NCBI GenBank assembly: GCA_003213175.1
Contig: QCNN01000004.1
Span: 3,186-67,185 of the forward strand
Source: SAR116 cluster bacterium AG-426-B08
GTDB lineage: Bacteria > Pseudomonadota > Alphaproteobacteria > Puniceispirillales > Marisalimonadaceae
Length of the DNA stretch: 64,000 nt
Direction of reading: 5' to 3'
Shown here: piece by piece, positions 10,081 through 19,538 of the stretch
Position numbering within the stretch: the first letter of the stretch is position 1
Layout of the letters: the number at the start of each line of letters is the position of its first letter
Notes under the pieces: model-generated
What the model saw: the letters and a program-made list of their open reading frames with translations, nothing else
Database searches by the model: none
Told to the model about the DNA's origin: nothing
Made by a program: the position numbers and the translations under genes

Positions 10081-10959
10081 TTAATCTTCTTTTTTTGAAT
10101 TTAATTTGGTTTGTTCTTTGCAATAGTCTGTGTCTGAACATATGTATGATCGTTTACCATCATCTGAAACAATAATTTCATCTAAATAACTATCACTGGA
10201 TCCACATATTGAACATTTGAAATTAGCTTTCATAGCTTCAAAAGGATAGTCTTCAAAATCAAGACTTTTAACATTTGTATAAGGTGGAATAGCATAAATT
10301 CGTTGTTCTCTTCCAGCGCCAAAAAGTTGAATAGCTGGACTATTATTCATTTTGGGATTATCAAATTTTGGAATAGGAGAAGGGTCAGTAACATAATTTC
10401 CATTTGTTTTTACTGGATATGCATATGCTGTCTCAATATGACCATGTTTTGCAATATCTTCATAAAGTTTTACATACATTAATCCATATTCAGAAAGAGC
10501 ATGCATTTTTCTAGTTTCTGTCTCTCTTGGTTCTAAGAATCTAAGAGGTTCTGGAATTGGTACTTGATATACTAATATTTGTTTTTCTTTTAATTTTGTT
10601 TCAGGAATTCTGTGTCTAGTTTGTATAAGAGATGCATCTGAAGTTTTTTCAGTTACAGCTACATTTGCAGTTTTTTGAAAAAATTTTCTTATTGATACCG
10701 CATTTGTAGTATCGTCGGCGCCTTGATCTATTACCTTTAAAATATCTTTGGGTATTAAACAAGCAGATGTTACCTGAATTCCACCAGTACCCCAACCATA
10801 TGGCATTGGCATTTCTCTTGAGGAAAAAGGTACTTGATAGCCAGGTATACATAATGCTTTCAGAAGAGCTCGTCTTATCATTCTTTTTGTATTTTCATCT
10901 AAATAAGCAAAATTATAAATTTGAATATCTAAATTTTCATTTTTACTCATTTCATTCAT
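10081..10959 (-). CDS. phnJ: PhnJ, C-P lyase radical-SAM-like catalytic subunit
   Basis: 292 aa. It has the highly conserved GYQVPFSSREMPMPYGWGTGG motif and a C-terminal Cys cluster (CSICGS...YICSDTDYC). Confidence 0.95.
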   Translation of the reverse strand: MNEMSKNENLDIQIYNFAYLDENTKRMIRRALLKALCIPGYQVPFSSREMPMPYGWGTGGIQVTSACLIPKDILKVIDQGADDTTNAVSIRKFFQKTANVAVTEKTSDASLIQTRHRIPETKLKEKQILVYQVPIPEPLRFLEPRETETRKMHALSEYGLMYVKLYEDIAKHGHIETAYAYPVKTNGNYVTDPSPIPKFDNPKMNNSPAIQLFGAGREQRIYAIPPYTNVKSLDFEDYPFEAMKANFKCSICGSSDSYLDEIIVSDDGKRSYICSDTDYCKEQTKLNSKKED

Positions 10960-10963
10960 TTTA

Positions 10964-12040
10964 TTACCTTTTCATATTAACTTTGGCGTCAGCTCTAATT
11001 TTTCTAATGAGCTCTAGTTCAGATTGAAAATCAACATAATGTGGTAGTTTTATGTGCTCTAAAAAACCAGTCGCTTGAATGTTGTCGCAATGTGAAATAA
11101 CAAATTCTTCGTCTTGTGCTGGTGCGCCAGAATAATCTTCACCTAATTCTTTCCATCTTAAAGCTCTATCGATCAAAGCCATTGCTAAAGCTTTTCTTTC
11201 AGTCTGTCCGAATACTAAACCATAGCCTCTTGTAAACTGTGGAGGTTCAATTTTGGATCCTTGAAATTGATTTACCGTTTCACATTCAGTTAAAATGATC
11301 TCAGCAACATTAATCTCAAAACCTAATTCTGGAATATAAAGCTCAATGTCAACTATGCCAATTCTTAGTTCCCCTACAAATGCATGATTTCTTGCATATC
11401 CTCTTTGAGTAGAATATGCGAGACCAAGTAAAAAACCCTCATCTCCTCTTGATAATGCTTGTAACCTTGCCGAACGAGATGTTGGATAGCTAATAGGTTC
11501 TCGTGTTATATCGATAGGATCAAGATTGTTATCTTTTTCGTTTTGCATTAAATCTTCTTGATTTAAAAAACTTAAAACGTGAGGCATTTTGTTGTCATTA
11601 TATTTTTTTGTTGGACTAATAGGTGCTTCATTTTCAGCTAGTAATTTAAAGTCCAAAAGCCTATGCGTGTAATCAAAAGTAGGGCCTAATTTTTGTCCAC
11701 CTGGTATATCTTTAAAAGTTGCTGAAATCCTTCTAAGGCATGTCATATTTGCTGTATTAACTGGTTTGCTGTAACTAAATCTTGTAAGAGTTGTTCTGTA
11801 AGCTCTTAACAAAAATATAGCTTCTATCAAATCACCTCTAGACTGTTTTATAGCTAATGCAGCAAGGTCTTTATCATATAAAGAACCTTCAGACATTACT
11901 CTATCAACGCCAAGTGTGAGTTGTTCTGATATTTGATCAAGGGTAATATTTGGAATGGATGTATCACCTCTTCTTATTTCTGACATCCAAGAATGAGCGT
12001 TATCAATTGCTACTTCCCCACCTTTAACAGCTACATACAT
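10964..12040 (-). CDS. phnI: PhnI, C-P lyase core component (nucleosidase / RPnTP synthase)
   Basis: 358 aa. The N-terminus MYVAVKGGEVAIDNAH is near-identical to the E. coli PhnI start as I remember it. Operon position is between phnH and phnJ. Confidence 0.95.
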   Translation of the reverse strand: MYVAVKGGEVAIDNAHSWMSEIRRGDTSIPNITLDQISEQLTLGVDRVMSEGSLYDKDLAALAIKQSRGDLIEAIFLLRAYRTTLTRFSYSKPVNTANMTCLRRISATFKDIPGGQKLGPTFDYTHRLLDFKLLAENEAPISPTKKYNDNKMPHVLSFLNQEDLMQNEKDNNLDPIDITREPISYPTSRSARLQALSRGDEGFLLGLAYSTQRGYARNHAFVGELRIGIVDIELYIPELGFEINVAEIILTECETVNQFQGSKIEPPQFTRGYGLVFGQTERKALAMALIDRALRWKELGEDYSGAPAQDEEFVISHCDNIQATGFLEHIKLPHYVDFQSELELIRKIRADAKVNMKR

Positions 12041-12610
12041 CTAATGCTCCGATTTTATGATATTAATTTTTGTTGAACGAGGAATAGATAAAATTTCTAA
12101 GTCATTTGTGAAATAGAAATCTAAACCTAAAGGATAAAGATTATTATTTTCGATAAAAAATTCAGGATTAGGTAAATCAATATTTAATTTATTTTTTATG
12201 CCTGGACCATCAATGTTGCATTTTACTTTTTTATATTTTGTTTCTTCAATTATTAAAGTTGCAGATCTTTCTGGATACTCAGGAACTCCTATTTTGAATT
12301 CATTTAATGGCAATAAAGATTTCCATGTACCAATTACAAAATCAGCATTCTTTTTGTTACTAATAATGGCACCAGTGTTAAAAATTAACCAATTCCTTAC
12401 TTCCTCTATATTATATTCTTTTGAGAGGTAAACATTACTTTCATTATCACATAACGTAATTAATATTGTCGCTGCTGCATTTGACAATACACTTGGTTTG
12501 TTAAGTTTATTTATCTGAAAAGTTGTACCTGGATATGATGTTGCATTTACTAATGATCTAAAAGCAATAGAACTATTTATAGAATTTTCAGAAAAAGGAT
12601 AATTTTCCAT
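12041..12610 (-). CDS. phnH: PhnH, C-P lyase core component
   Basis: 189 aa with an AFRSLVNATSYPG motif (compare AFRALMDAMARPG). It abuts phnI and overlaps phnG by 1 nt. Confidence 0.85.
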   Translation of the reverse strand: MENYPFSENSINSSIAFRSLVNATSYPGTTFQINKLNKPSVLSNAAATILITLCDNESNVYLSKEYNIEEVRNWLIFNTGAIISNKKNADFVIGTWKSLLPLNEFKIGVPEYPERSATLIIEETKYKKVKCNIDGPGIKNKLNIDLPNPEFFIENNNLYPLGLDFYFTNDLEILSIPRSTKINIIKSEH

Positions 12611-13050
12611 TAATCACTTTCTCCTCTTACAAGAGTAAAAAAATCAACTTTCGTAGCTTCAGCTTTTGAAAGAATTTTGCGTTTATTATCTTTTTTAATT
12701 TTTTCTAAAGGAATAATAATATTTTTATTTATTTCTTTAGACATTTTAGTTTGCATAAGAGCATCACATAATGCGCTTATTTCAGCTTTTTTCTTACTTC
12801 TTCCTTGAACATAACTATGACCTATTGTTCCACAATTCAATTTTAATGAACATCTAGTTATAGTAACTTCACCAATATTAAATTTATCTCCAGTTACACC
12901 CATTCTTCCTTGAGCCATTATGCTTCCAATTTCAGGTGTTCTTAACCATATATAATTTACTCTTATTTTTTTTTGTTCCCAGAGATTTAACAAATCGCTT
13001 TGGTTAGATGTTGCTAACAAACTCATCCAAAATTTTCTTTTTTCAATCAT
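12610..13050 (-). CDS. phnG: PhnG, C-P lyase core component
   Basis: 146 aa with WMSLLA..., GRMGVTGDKFNIGEVTITR, YVQGRSKKKAE and KVDFFTLVRGE. These are collinear with E. coli PhnG. It is the first gene of the phnGHIJKLN run. Confidence 0.9.
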   Translation of the reverse strand: MIEKRKFWMSLLATSNQSDLLNLWEQKKIRVNYIWLRTPEIGSIMAQGRMGVTGDKFNIGEVTITRCSLKLNCGTIGHSYVQGRSKKKAEISALCDALMQTKMSKEINKNIIIPLEKIKKDNKRKILSKAEATKVDFFTLVRGESD

Positions 13051-13137
13051 TTAAATTACTTCTTTACTATACAACTATACAAATTATAATTATAAAACAT
13101 TAATTATACAATTATATTTTTATTAAGTTTTTATTAC
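13051..13137. promoter_or_regulatory. Divergent phnG / phnF control region with a tandem ACTATACA octamer
   Basis: 87-bp spacer between the divergent phnG and phnF. ACTATACA occurs at 13066-13073 and 13074-13081, with a related ATTATACA at 13103-13110. There is a 10-bp palindrome TATAATTATA near 13084. This is a candidate GntR/HutC-type (PhnF) operator, but the AT-rich background makes it weak. Confidence 0.3.
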
Positions 13138-13845
13138 ATGAATTCTAAACTCATTTATTATCAAATTTATGAAGCATTAAAAAAAGATGTGGCGGATAAC
13201 ATATACAATTCAGGTGATAAACTACCTTCTGAAAATCATCTTTCAAAAAGATTTGGAGTAAATAGACATACGGTTAGAAGAGCTTTGCAAATATTAAAAA
13301 ATGAAGGAATTTTATTTTCTAAAAGAGGATCTGGTGTAATAGTTCAAGCTTCTAAGTTAAAATATAAAATTGGAAAAAGAGTAAGATTTTCACAGAATAT
13401 TACTAATGAAAACAATATTCCTAAAACAACAATTATTAGATCAGAGTATAGAAAAGCATCAAAGATAGAAGCTGATAATTTAAAAATAAATTCAAAAGAT
13501 GAGATTCTTTTAATAGAAACAACTGGTAAAATTAATAATATTCCAACTATTATAACTAAAAGAATAATTCCAAATAAAAGGTTTCCCAGTTTTCTAGAAA
13601 TATTTCAAAAAGAATTATCTGTCACACACACACTAAAGTTATTGGGTGTAAATGATTTTGTTAGGTCAAACACTAATATAATCGCAGAGCTAGCTGATAG
13701 TATTCAAGCAAATTTACTTAATTGTAAAATTAATAGCCCACTTCTTAAAACAACATATGTGAATCAAGATTTAAATTGTATCCCAATAGAGTTCAGTCAG
13801 ACATGGTTTGTTGGCGAAAGAATTCAATTAACATTAGAAGATTAA
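13138..13845 (+). CDS. phnF: PhnF, GntR/HutC-family transcriptional regulator
   Basis: 235 aa. It has an N-terminal wHTH (LPSENHLSKRFGVNRHTVRRALQIL) and a UTRA-like C-terminal domain. It is divergent from phnG. Confidence 0.85.
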   Translation: MNSKLIYYQIYEALKKDVADNIYNSGDKLPSENHLSKRFGVNRHTVRRALQILKNEGILFSKRGSGVIVQASKLKYKIGKRVRFSQNITNENNIPKTTIIRSEYRKASKIEADNLKINSKDEILLIETTGKINNIPTIITKRIIPNKRFPSFLEIFQKELSVTHTLKLLGVNDFVRSNTNIIAELADSIQANLLNCKINSPLLKTTYVNQDLNCIPIEFSQTWFVGERIQLTLED

Positions 13846-13896
13846 ACTTTTGATATTTGTAATATAAAATTAATAAAATTAAGATAAGTAAAATAT

Positions 13897-15111
13897 ATGA
13901 ATCAAATACAATCAAATCAATTTTCAGGATATATTTTACAGGGATCTAAATTTTTGCATGGTAATAAAATGCAATCAGGAATTATAACAATTGAAGACAA
14001 ATTTATTTCTTCAATTGAAGTTAATAAAGCTAATCAATATATCAAAAAAAATTATCCGGTCATAGATTTGACGGGTTTTTGGGTATTGCCTGGAATAATA
14101 GACTTACATGGAGATGGATTTGAAAGACAGTTATTTCCAAGACCAGGCGTAAATTTTGATATGAATGACACTCTTAAAATTGTTGACAAAGAACTTTCCA
14201 TTAATGGCATTACCACGGCTTACCTAGCATGTAGTTATAGCTGGGAAGGTAGAATAAGAAGTCCTGAGTACGCTAAAATTTTTTTAAAAAATCTCAATAA
14301 ATACAGACCTTCTATGATAACGAATATAAATGTTCAGGTAAGATACGAAACTCATCTTGTAGAAAAAGTTCAAGAACTTATTGACTTAATTACGGAATAC
14401 GAACTCAATTATGTGGTATTCAACAACCATATACCTGATGCCTTAGAAAAAATTCAAAACAAACCATCAGCATTTGCAACATGGGCTAATAAAATGTCTA
14501 TGGAAAAAAGCGAACTTGCAAATATTGTGAATTATCGATTAACAAAAGAAAATGAAGTAAGTGATAGCTTAAAAACATTAAGCAATTTTATGAAATCTAA
14601 TAATATTAAATTTGGTTCGCATGATGATGAAAGCATTGAAGATAGAAAATGGTTTAGAAGTTTTGGTGCTAATATTTGTGAATTTCCAACAAGTATTTTA
14701 GCTGCTAAAGAAGCATACTTTCATAATGAAAATGTAATAATGGGTGCGCCTAATTTAGTAAGAGGTGGTTCACATAATGGAAATATATCTACCTTAGAAT
14801 TATTAAAACTAGGATACTGTAGTATTTTAGTATCAGATTATTATTATCCATCACTACTTCAGTCAATTTGGTATTTGTTAGATCATAAGATTTGTTCTAT
14901 TGAAAATGCATGGGCATTAATATCAGAAAATCCTGCGAAGGCACTAAATATTGACAAAAGAGGAGCTATAAAAGTAAATAATTACGCAGATTTAGTAATT
15001 ATAAACCCAAAAACAAGAGAGATAGAAGCAACAATATGTAATGGAGAGATTGCAGGTGTTTGTAAAAGCGTTGCTGACAGATTTATTAAATCATCTAACG
15101 CAGTATCCTAA
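13897..15111 (+). CDS. Second PhnM-like amidohydrolase (paralog)
   Basis: 404 aa. Motifs PGIIDLHGDGFERQLFPRPGVNF, SHDDES, GAPNLVRGGSHNGNIS and SDYYYPSL are collinear with the phnM at 6159-7304 but clearly diverged. It lies downstream of phnF. Confidence 0.8.
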   Translation: MNQIQSNQFSGYILQGSKFLHGNKMQSGIITIEDKFISSIEVNKANQYIKKNYPVIDLTGFWVLPGIIDLHGDGFERQLFPRPGVNFDMNDTLKIVDKELSINGITTAYLACSYSWEGRIRSPEYAKIFLKNLNKYRPSMITNINVQVRYETHLVEKVQELIDLITEYELNYVVFNNHIPDALEKIQNKPSAFATWANKMSMEKSELANIVNYRLTKENEVSDSLKTLSNFMKSNNIKFGSHDDESIEDRKWFRSFGANICEFPTSILAAKEAYFHNENVIMGAPNLVRGGSHNGNISTLELLKLGYCSILVSDYYYPSLLQSIWYLLDHKICSIENAWALISENPAKALNIDKRGAIKVNNYADLVIINPKTREIEATICNGEIAGVCKSVADRFIKSSNAVS

Positions 15112-15112
15112 T

Positions 15113-15727
15113 CTATTTATATTTTGATATAAAATCCTCAACACTTAAAGTTCTAAAGTCGTCTAAGGAAGATCCTATTTTCTCATGAGACCAATTCCAC
15201 CATTGAATTTGAGATAATTGAATTGAAACTTTTTCTGAAAATCTTCTTCTTATAATCTTAGCAGGATTTCCTGCTACAATAGTATAACTTTCTACATCTT
15301 TGGTAACAACAGAACCAGCTCCAATTATAGCACCATCTCCAACTATAATGTCAGGTTTAACAATAGCAGCATGACCTATCCATGTATCATTGCCAATTAT
15401 AGTTTTTCTGGAATATCGATTTTTAAAAAAATCTTTGTCATGTTCTTTGTCTTCCCAATAGTCAGTTGATCTATATAAAAAATGATGAAGACTTGCTTTT
15501 TCCATTGGATGGTCCGTTGGACCTATTCTAACAGAGCTTGCAATATTAGAAAATTTTTTTATGTCTGTATTGGCTATATCACAAAATCTTGTACAATAAG
15601 AATAATCACCGAAATTAGAATTTGAAATAATAGAATATTCACCTATTTCAACAAATGAACCAAAATCACTGTCTACAATTTGACAATCTGAATGAATTAA
15701 AGGCTTGTTTTTATCGAGTTTTTTCAT
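15113..15727 (-). CDS. Hexapeptide-repeat (LbH) acyltransferase, phn-cluster type
   Basis: 204 aa with left-handed beta-helix repeats (IGHAAIVKPDIIVGDGAIIGAGSVVTKDV), as in CAT-B/Vat-type acetyltransferases. A family of this type is known from phosphonate clusters. Confidence 0.75.
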   Translation of the reverse strand: MKKLDKNKPLIHSDCQIVDSDFGSFVEIGEYSIISNSNFGDYSYCTRFCDIANTDIKKFSNIASSVRIGPTDHPMEKASLHHFLYRSTDYWEDKEHDKDFFKNRYSRKTIIGNDTWIGHAAIVKPDIIVGDGAIIGAGSVVTKDVESYTIVAGNPAKIIRRRFSEKVSIQLSQIQWWNWSHEKIGSSLDDFRTLSVEDFISKYK

Positions 15728-15803
15728 GTGACTAAAAACGTGCTAAAAAAATAAAAACATTGAGATATGTTAACTCTAGTATCTTCAATCGTTACTCCTA
15801 TCT

Positions 15804-16724
15804 TTAAAAAATTTCATCTAACCAGTAAGGATTAGACCAGGCATATTTACCATACTCGTTTAATACTGTTACTCTAAAAAAATTTGTATCAAGCTTATTT
15901 AAATCAAATTTGGCACTTGTAATTTTGTAACCATTTTTGGAAAGGGAGGTATTAGAAGAGCCTGAAATAATTATGTGTGAAGCTGGACTACATTGTATTA
16001 AGAGTTCATTATCATCAAGTTCTACATTATGTATTGCTATCCCTGTAGAAGAGTAATAATTGCCATTTTTAAGGGAATATAAAATATCTTGTATAGACAG
16101 GTTTCTGCATTTTACGAATACCCAACCTCCTAAAGCATCTTCTTTATGAAAATGCGAATCGTCAGATGCAGTTAGTAAAATTTTTTTATTATTATTTAGT
16201 AGGAAGTCAGCTGTAGCTATTCCACTACCTCTATTTGAGCTAATTGTTGCGGCGTGATTATAGATTTCAACTGCGTGAGCATTACTTACTTTAATGGCCT
16301 CATCAGACGATAATGAATACCACTCTGGATGAGCTATTGTTACAAATGCTCCAGTCTCTATGATTCTATTAAGTAGTTCATCTACTGTTTCATTATCAGA
16401 TGCAATTTTGAAATCTAAAGGCAAACCGTTAGCAACAAGGTGCCACAAGCCAGCTCTGTCGTACTTTTTTCCTTTTACATGAATTTCAGCGCTTGGAATT
16501 GTAATGAAATCTTTAAAATTAAAATCAGAAACATCATTTACACTTTCTGCAGCAAATCTCTTGTCATGCCATAAATGATCAGAAAGACATGTAAAATCAT
16601 AGCTATATGATTTGTAAAACTCAATCACATTTTTTGGTTTAAGCAGTCCGTCAGAGTAATCGCTATGTCCATGCAAATTGCCTTTGTAAAATTTTCCACA
16701 TTTATCAAATGGTTTTAATTTCAT
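15804..16724 (-). CDS. PHP-domain metal-dependent phosphoesterase
   Basis: 306 aa. The N-terminal GNLHGHSDYSDG motif and later His/Asp ligands (TIAHPEW, SDDSH) are typical of the PHP/COG0613 family. It lies in the phnCDEE transcription direction. Confidence 0.75.
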   Translation of the reverse strand: MKLKPFDKCGKFYKGNLHGHSDYSDGLLKPKNVIEFYKSYSYDFTCLSDHLWHDKRFAAESVNDVSDFNFKDFITIPSAEIHVKGKKYDRAGLWHLVANGLPLDFKIASDNETVDELLNRIIETGAFVTIAHPEWYSLSSDEAIKVSNAHAVEIYNHAATISSNRGSGIATADFLLNNNKKILLTASDDSHFHKEDALGGWVFVKCRNLSIQDILYSLKNGNYYSSTGIAIHNVELDDNELLIQCSPASHIIISGSSNTSLSKNGYKITSAKFDLNKLDTNFFRVTVLNEYGKYAWSNPYWLDEIF

Positions 16725-16805
16725 ACTATCCCCTTTTTTAGAAGATCATTACGAAATAATTTTTCATTTTTTTAACAAATTTTTTAATAAAAAGTTAAAT
16801 TTCAA

Positions 16806-17270
16806 TTACCAGAATTTCCACCATGGCTTATCTTTTGTACCATTAGAAGAGTTTATATCTTTTAGAGGTTCGATATCTTTTTTAACAGTTTCTAATCCAC
16901 CTGTACCACTTTGGCCAAATTTTTCAGAGGCAGCTTTTTTTGCGATTTCATATGCTTCTGTTAATTTTACTTTAGCTTCCTCAGGTTTTTTTTGTGCACA
17001 CATTTCAAAACCTTCAAACAGCATTTTTTCGACTGTATCAGCGTCAGATTTATCTATTCTAGGTAACTCTAATCTTATTCTGGCTCTTAACATAAGAAGG
17101 TTAACATCATCACACTTATCTATAAGTTTTTGAAAAATTTCTTCTGTATTAATTAATGTTCCAGCTTCCTGAGAAGACACCTCATTGCTTATATTTTTTG
17201 TATCTTTGCTTTGAGCTTGAACAAGTACTGGGTAAATTAAAAAAACTATTATTAAAATATATCTATTCAT
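16806..17270 (-). CDS. Hypothetical secreted/periplasmic protein
   Basis: 154 aa with a signal peptide (LIIVFLIYPVLVQAQS), a helical Lys/Glu-rich body and a C-terminal KPWWKFW. It starts 10 nt after the phnE stop. I recognise no family. Confidence 0.6.
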   Translation of the reverse strand: MNRYILIIVFLIYPVLVQAQSKDTKNISNEVSSQEAGTLINTEEIFQKLIDKCDDVNLLMLRARIRLELPRIDKSDADTVEKMLFEGFEMCAQKKPEEAKVKLTEAYEIAKKAASEKFGQSGTGGLETVKKDIEPLKDINSSNGTKDKPWWKFW

Positions 17271-17280
17271 AGTAACTCCT

Positions 17281-18639
17281 TTATTTTTTATCCTCTATAC
17301 CAATTAATAATCTTCTTAGTTTGGCTGACATAGTATCAATGCACATTACAGCAACTAAAACTAAAATTGCCATGTAAGCAACGTTTTCAAAATCATTTCC
17401 AGTCATTAATGCCCCAAGGAAATGTAAGCCTATACCTCCAGCACCCATTGCCCCAATAATTACGGCAGCTCTTGTGTTGGACTCTAAGTAATATAAACTT
17501 TGTGAAATGAAAATTGGTAGTATTTGTGGGATGATACCAAATCTATGTTGAAGAACTTTATTTGCACCAGTTGACTGGATACCTTCTTTATCTTTTTTAT
17601 CAGTATTTTCTATAGCTTCAGACATTAATTTACCAAGAGTACCTGTGTCTGTAAATGCGATTGCAAAAATTCCCGTAAAAAGTCCAGGACCAAAAGCTCT
17701 AAGGAATATTAAACTCCAAATTAACATATCTATTCCGCGAAGCATGTCGAAGAGTCTTCTCAGAAAAAACCTTATTGAGGAAAGTGGAGTAACATTGTAA
17801 GCAGCAAGAAAAGCTAGTGGAAGACCAACCATTGAGGCAATTAATGTTCCAAGAATGGCCATTAATAATGTTTCAACCATGGCGAATAAAACGGTGTTGT
17901 GGTGCCAAATTTCATTTTCTAAAAATTCATTTACAACAAGATTAAAATTTGAAATTTTTGGATCCACTCTGTCTTCATTAAACATAAGTGATATGGCGTC
18001 AAAAAATCCCTTTCCGACAAGAGGGCTATCGAAATCAAACCAAAAATATTTCCATCCTAACTCGTATCTATGAACTTCGACTTTTGATCCATATACCTGA
18101 AGCCTTTCATATAAAGAAGGTCTCACTTCAACCTTGTTTTCTGTTGCACGCATCCAACTTGGCAACATACTTTCCTTTCCAACATACCCATCAACATAAG
18201 GTTTACCATTTTTATTAAGCTTAAAAATGAATGGTTCATTGATATTAGGAAAATTTCTCATTTCCACTCTATTAGGAAAGAAAACAAACTGACCACCATT
18301 ATCAAAGTTAACAATTGTAGATTGATTATTTTTATTTCTAATAAGCCAAGTGGGATCATCTTTATAAACATGCCTGTGACCACCCTCAAATCTTACGTCA
18401 ATTTTCTGAGGATCTTTCCAATTCATTTTTATATGATCTTTGTGAGCGTAAATATCTAACATAAACATAGACGCTCGATCTTTATTCCACTTTTTAGCTA
18501 AGTTAGGTAGATCAAAGTGTAATATTGACCCAATTAAATAAACCAGAAACACAAATCCAGTTATAATAAGAATTCTAATATGTTTTTTATGTTTTAGATC
18601 AACTGCATCAATAACATTTTGATTTAATACTTGCTCCAT
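17281..18639 (-). CDS. phnE: PhnE phosphonate ABC permease with a ~230-aa N-terminal extension
   Basis: 452 aa. The C-terminal ~215 aa form a BPD-type permease domain (EAIENTDKKDKEGIQSTGA.., typical PhnE EAA loop). The N-terminus has one TM helix followed by a ~190-aa hydrophilic domain. Confidence 0.85.
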   Translation of the reverse strand: MEQVLNQNVIDAVDLKHKKHIRILIITGFVFLVYLIGSILHFDLPNLAKKWNKDRASMFMLDIYAHKDHIKMNWKDPQKIDVRFEGGHRHVYKDDPTWLIRNKNNQSTIVNFDNGGQFVFFPNRVEMRNFPNINEPFIFKLNKNGKPYVDGYVGKESMLPSWMRATENKVEVRPSLYERLQVYGSKVEVHRYELGWKYFWFDFDSPLVGKGFFDAISLMFNEDRVDPKISNFNLVVNEFLENEIWHHNTVLFAMVETLLMAILGTLIASMVGLPLAFLAAYNVTPLSSIRFFLRRLFDMLRGIDMLIWSLIFLRAFGPGLFTGIFAIAFTDTGTLGKLMSEAIENTDKKDKEGIQSTGANKVLQHRFGIIPQILPIFISQSLYYLESNTRAAVIIGAMGAGGIGLHFLGALMTGNDFENVAYMAILVLVAVMCIDTMSAKLRRLLIGIEDKK

Positions 18640-19493
18640 TACTTATTGTCTCCAATTAATCTACCCCTAAGAAATCTGGAGAAATAATCTAAGGAAATTA
18701 TAGTTATAACTAATAAAAACATAATAGCTATAATTTCGTCTCCATATCTAAACTGAATTACAGCAGACAATGCTTCTCCAATACCTCCAGCACCTACAAA
18801 ACCAAGGATGGTTGACGCTCTTACATTAATTTCTAACCTCAGAAGGGTGTATGAGATAAATAAAGGTACTACTTGAGGAATAACTGCAAATCTAACTCGT
18901 TGCCACCAACTTGCTCCACAAGATTGTAATCCTTCAATTGGTTTGTTATCAGCATTTTCAATAGCTTCAGAGAATAATTTTCCTAGAGCTCCAGCAGTAT
19001 GAATTACTATTGCAATAACTGCAGGTAATTCTGATTTTCCCATCAGATACAAAAATATCATAGCAATAACCAACTCAGGGAATGATCTCAGAATATCCAT
19101 GGTTCTTCTAGATAAAGTAACTATATATTGGTTTTTAATTAAATTTTTACTTGCAAACAGGCTCAAGAGAAGAGCAAAAATTGCCCCGAATAGTGTTGAA
19201 AAAAAAGCCATGTTTATTGTTGATATTAAATCTGGAAGATATTTGAATACATATGCATACCATCTCCAACCAGACTCAAATGCTTCTTTGAAGAGATCAA
19301 CAGGGTAGTCAAAAAATTTACTCAATCCCCTTTGAAAGCTTCCAGCATTATTTTCTTCTGCTATTGTAAGTCCACTGGAAAGAAGAAATAAAATAGCTAG
19401 AATGCTTATGAAAGAATAAATTAGTCTTTTAAAAGCCATGGCTTTTAGGTTTTTCTCAATTGTCTCAAAACCTAAAATATTGTCTGAATACAT
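18639..19493 (-). CDS. phnE: PhnE phosphonate ABC permease
   Basis: 284 aa with a PhnE-type EAA loop (EAIENADNKPIEGLQSCGAS). It overlaps the second phnE by 1 nt. Confidence 0.9.
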   Translation of the reverse strand: MYSDNILGFETIEKNLKAMAFKRLIYSFISILAILFLLSSGLTIAEENNAGSFQRGLSKFFDYPVDLFKEAFESGWRWYAYVFKYLPDLISTINMAFFSTLFGAIFALLLSLFASKNLIKNQYIVTLSRRTMDILRSFPELVIAMIFLYLMGKSELPAVIAIVIHTAGALGKLFSEAIENADNKPIEGLQSCGASWWQRVRFAVIPQVVPLFISYTLLRLEINVRASTILGFVGAGGIGEALSAVIQFRYGDEIIAIMFLLVITIISLDYFSRFLRGRLIGDNK

Positions 19494-19538
19494 TATATTT
19501 CCAACTATAATATTATTATTGATTGAGTTAATAAAGTA

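Noticed and set aside
10079-10141. N-terminal 21 codons of the phnK ORF as given in the track (MFRHRLLQRTNQIKFKKRRLI).
   Set aside because: This stretch lies entirely inside the 3' end of phnJ. The internal ATG at 10078 gives a PhnK of canonical length, starting 2 nt after the phnJ stop.
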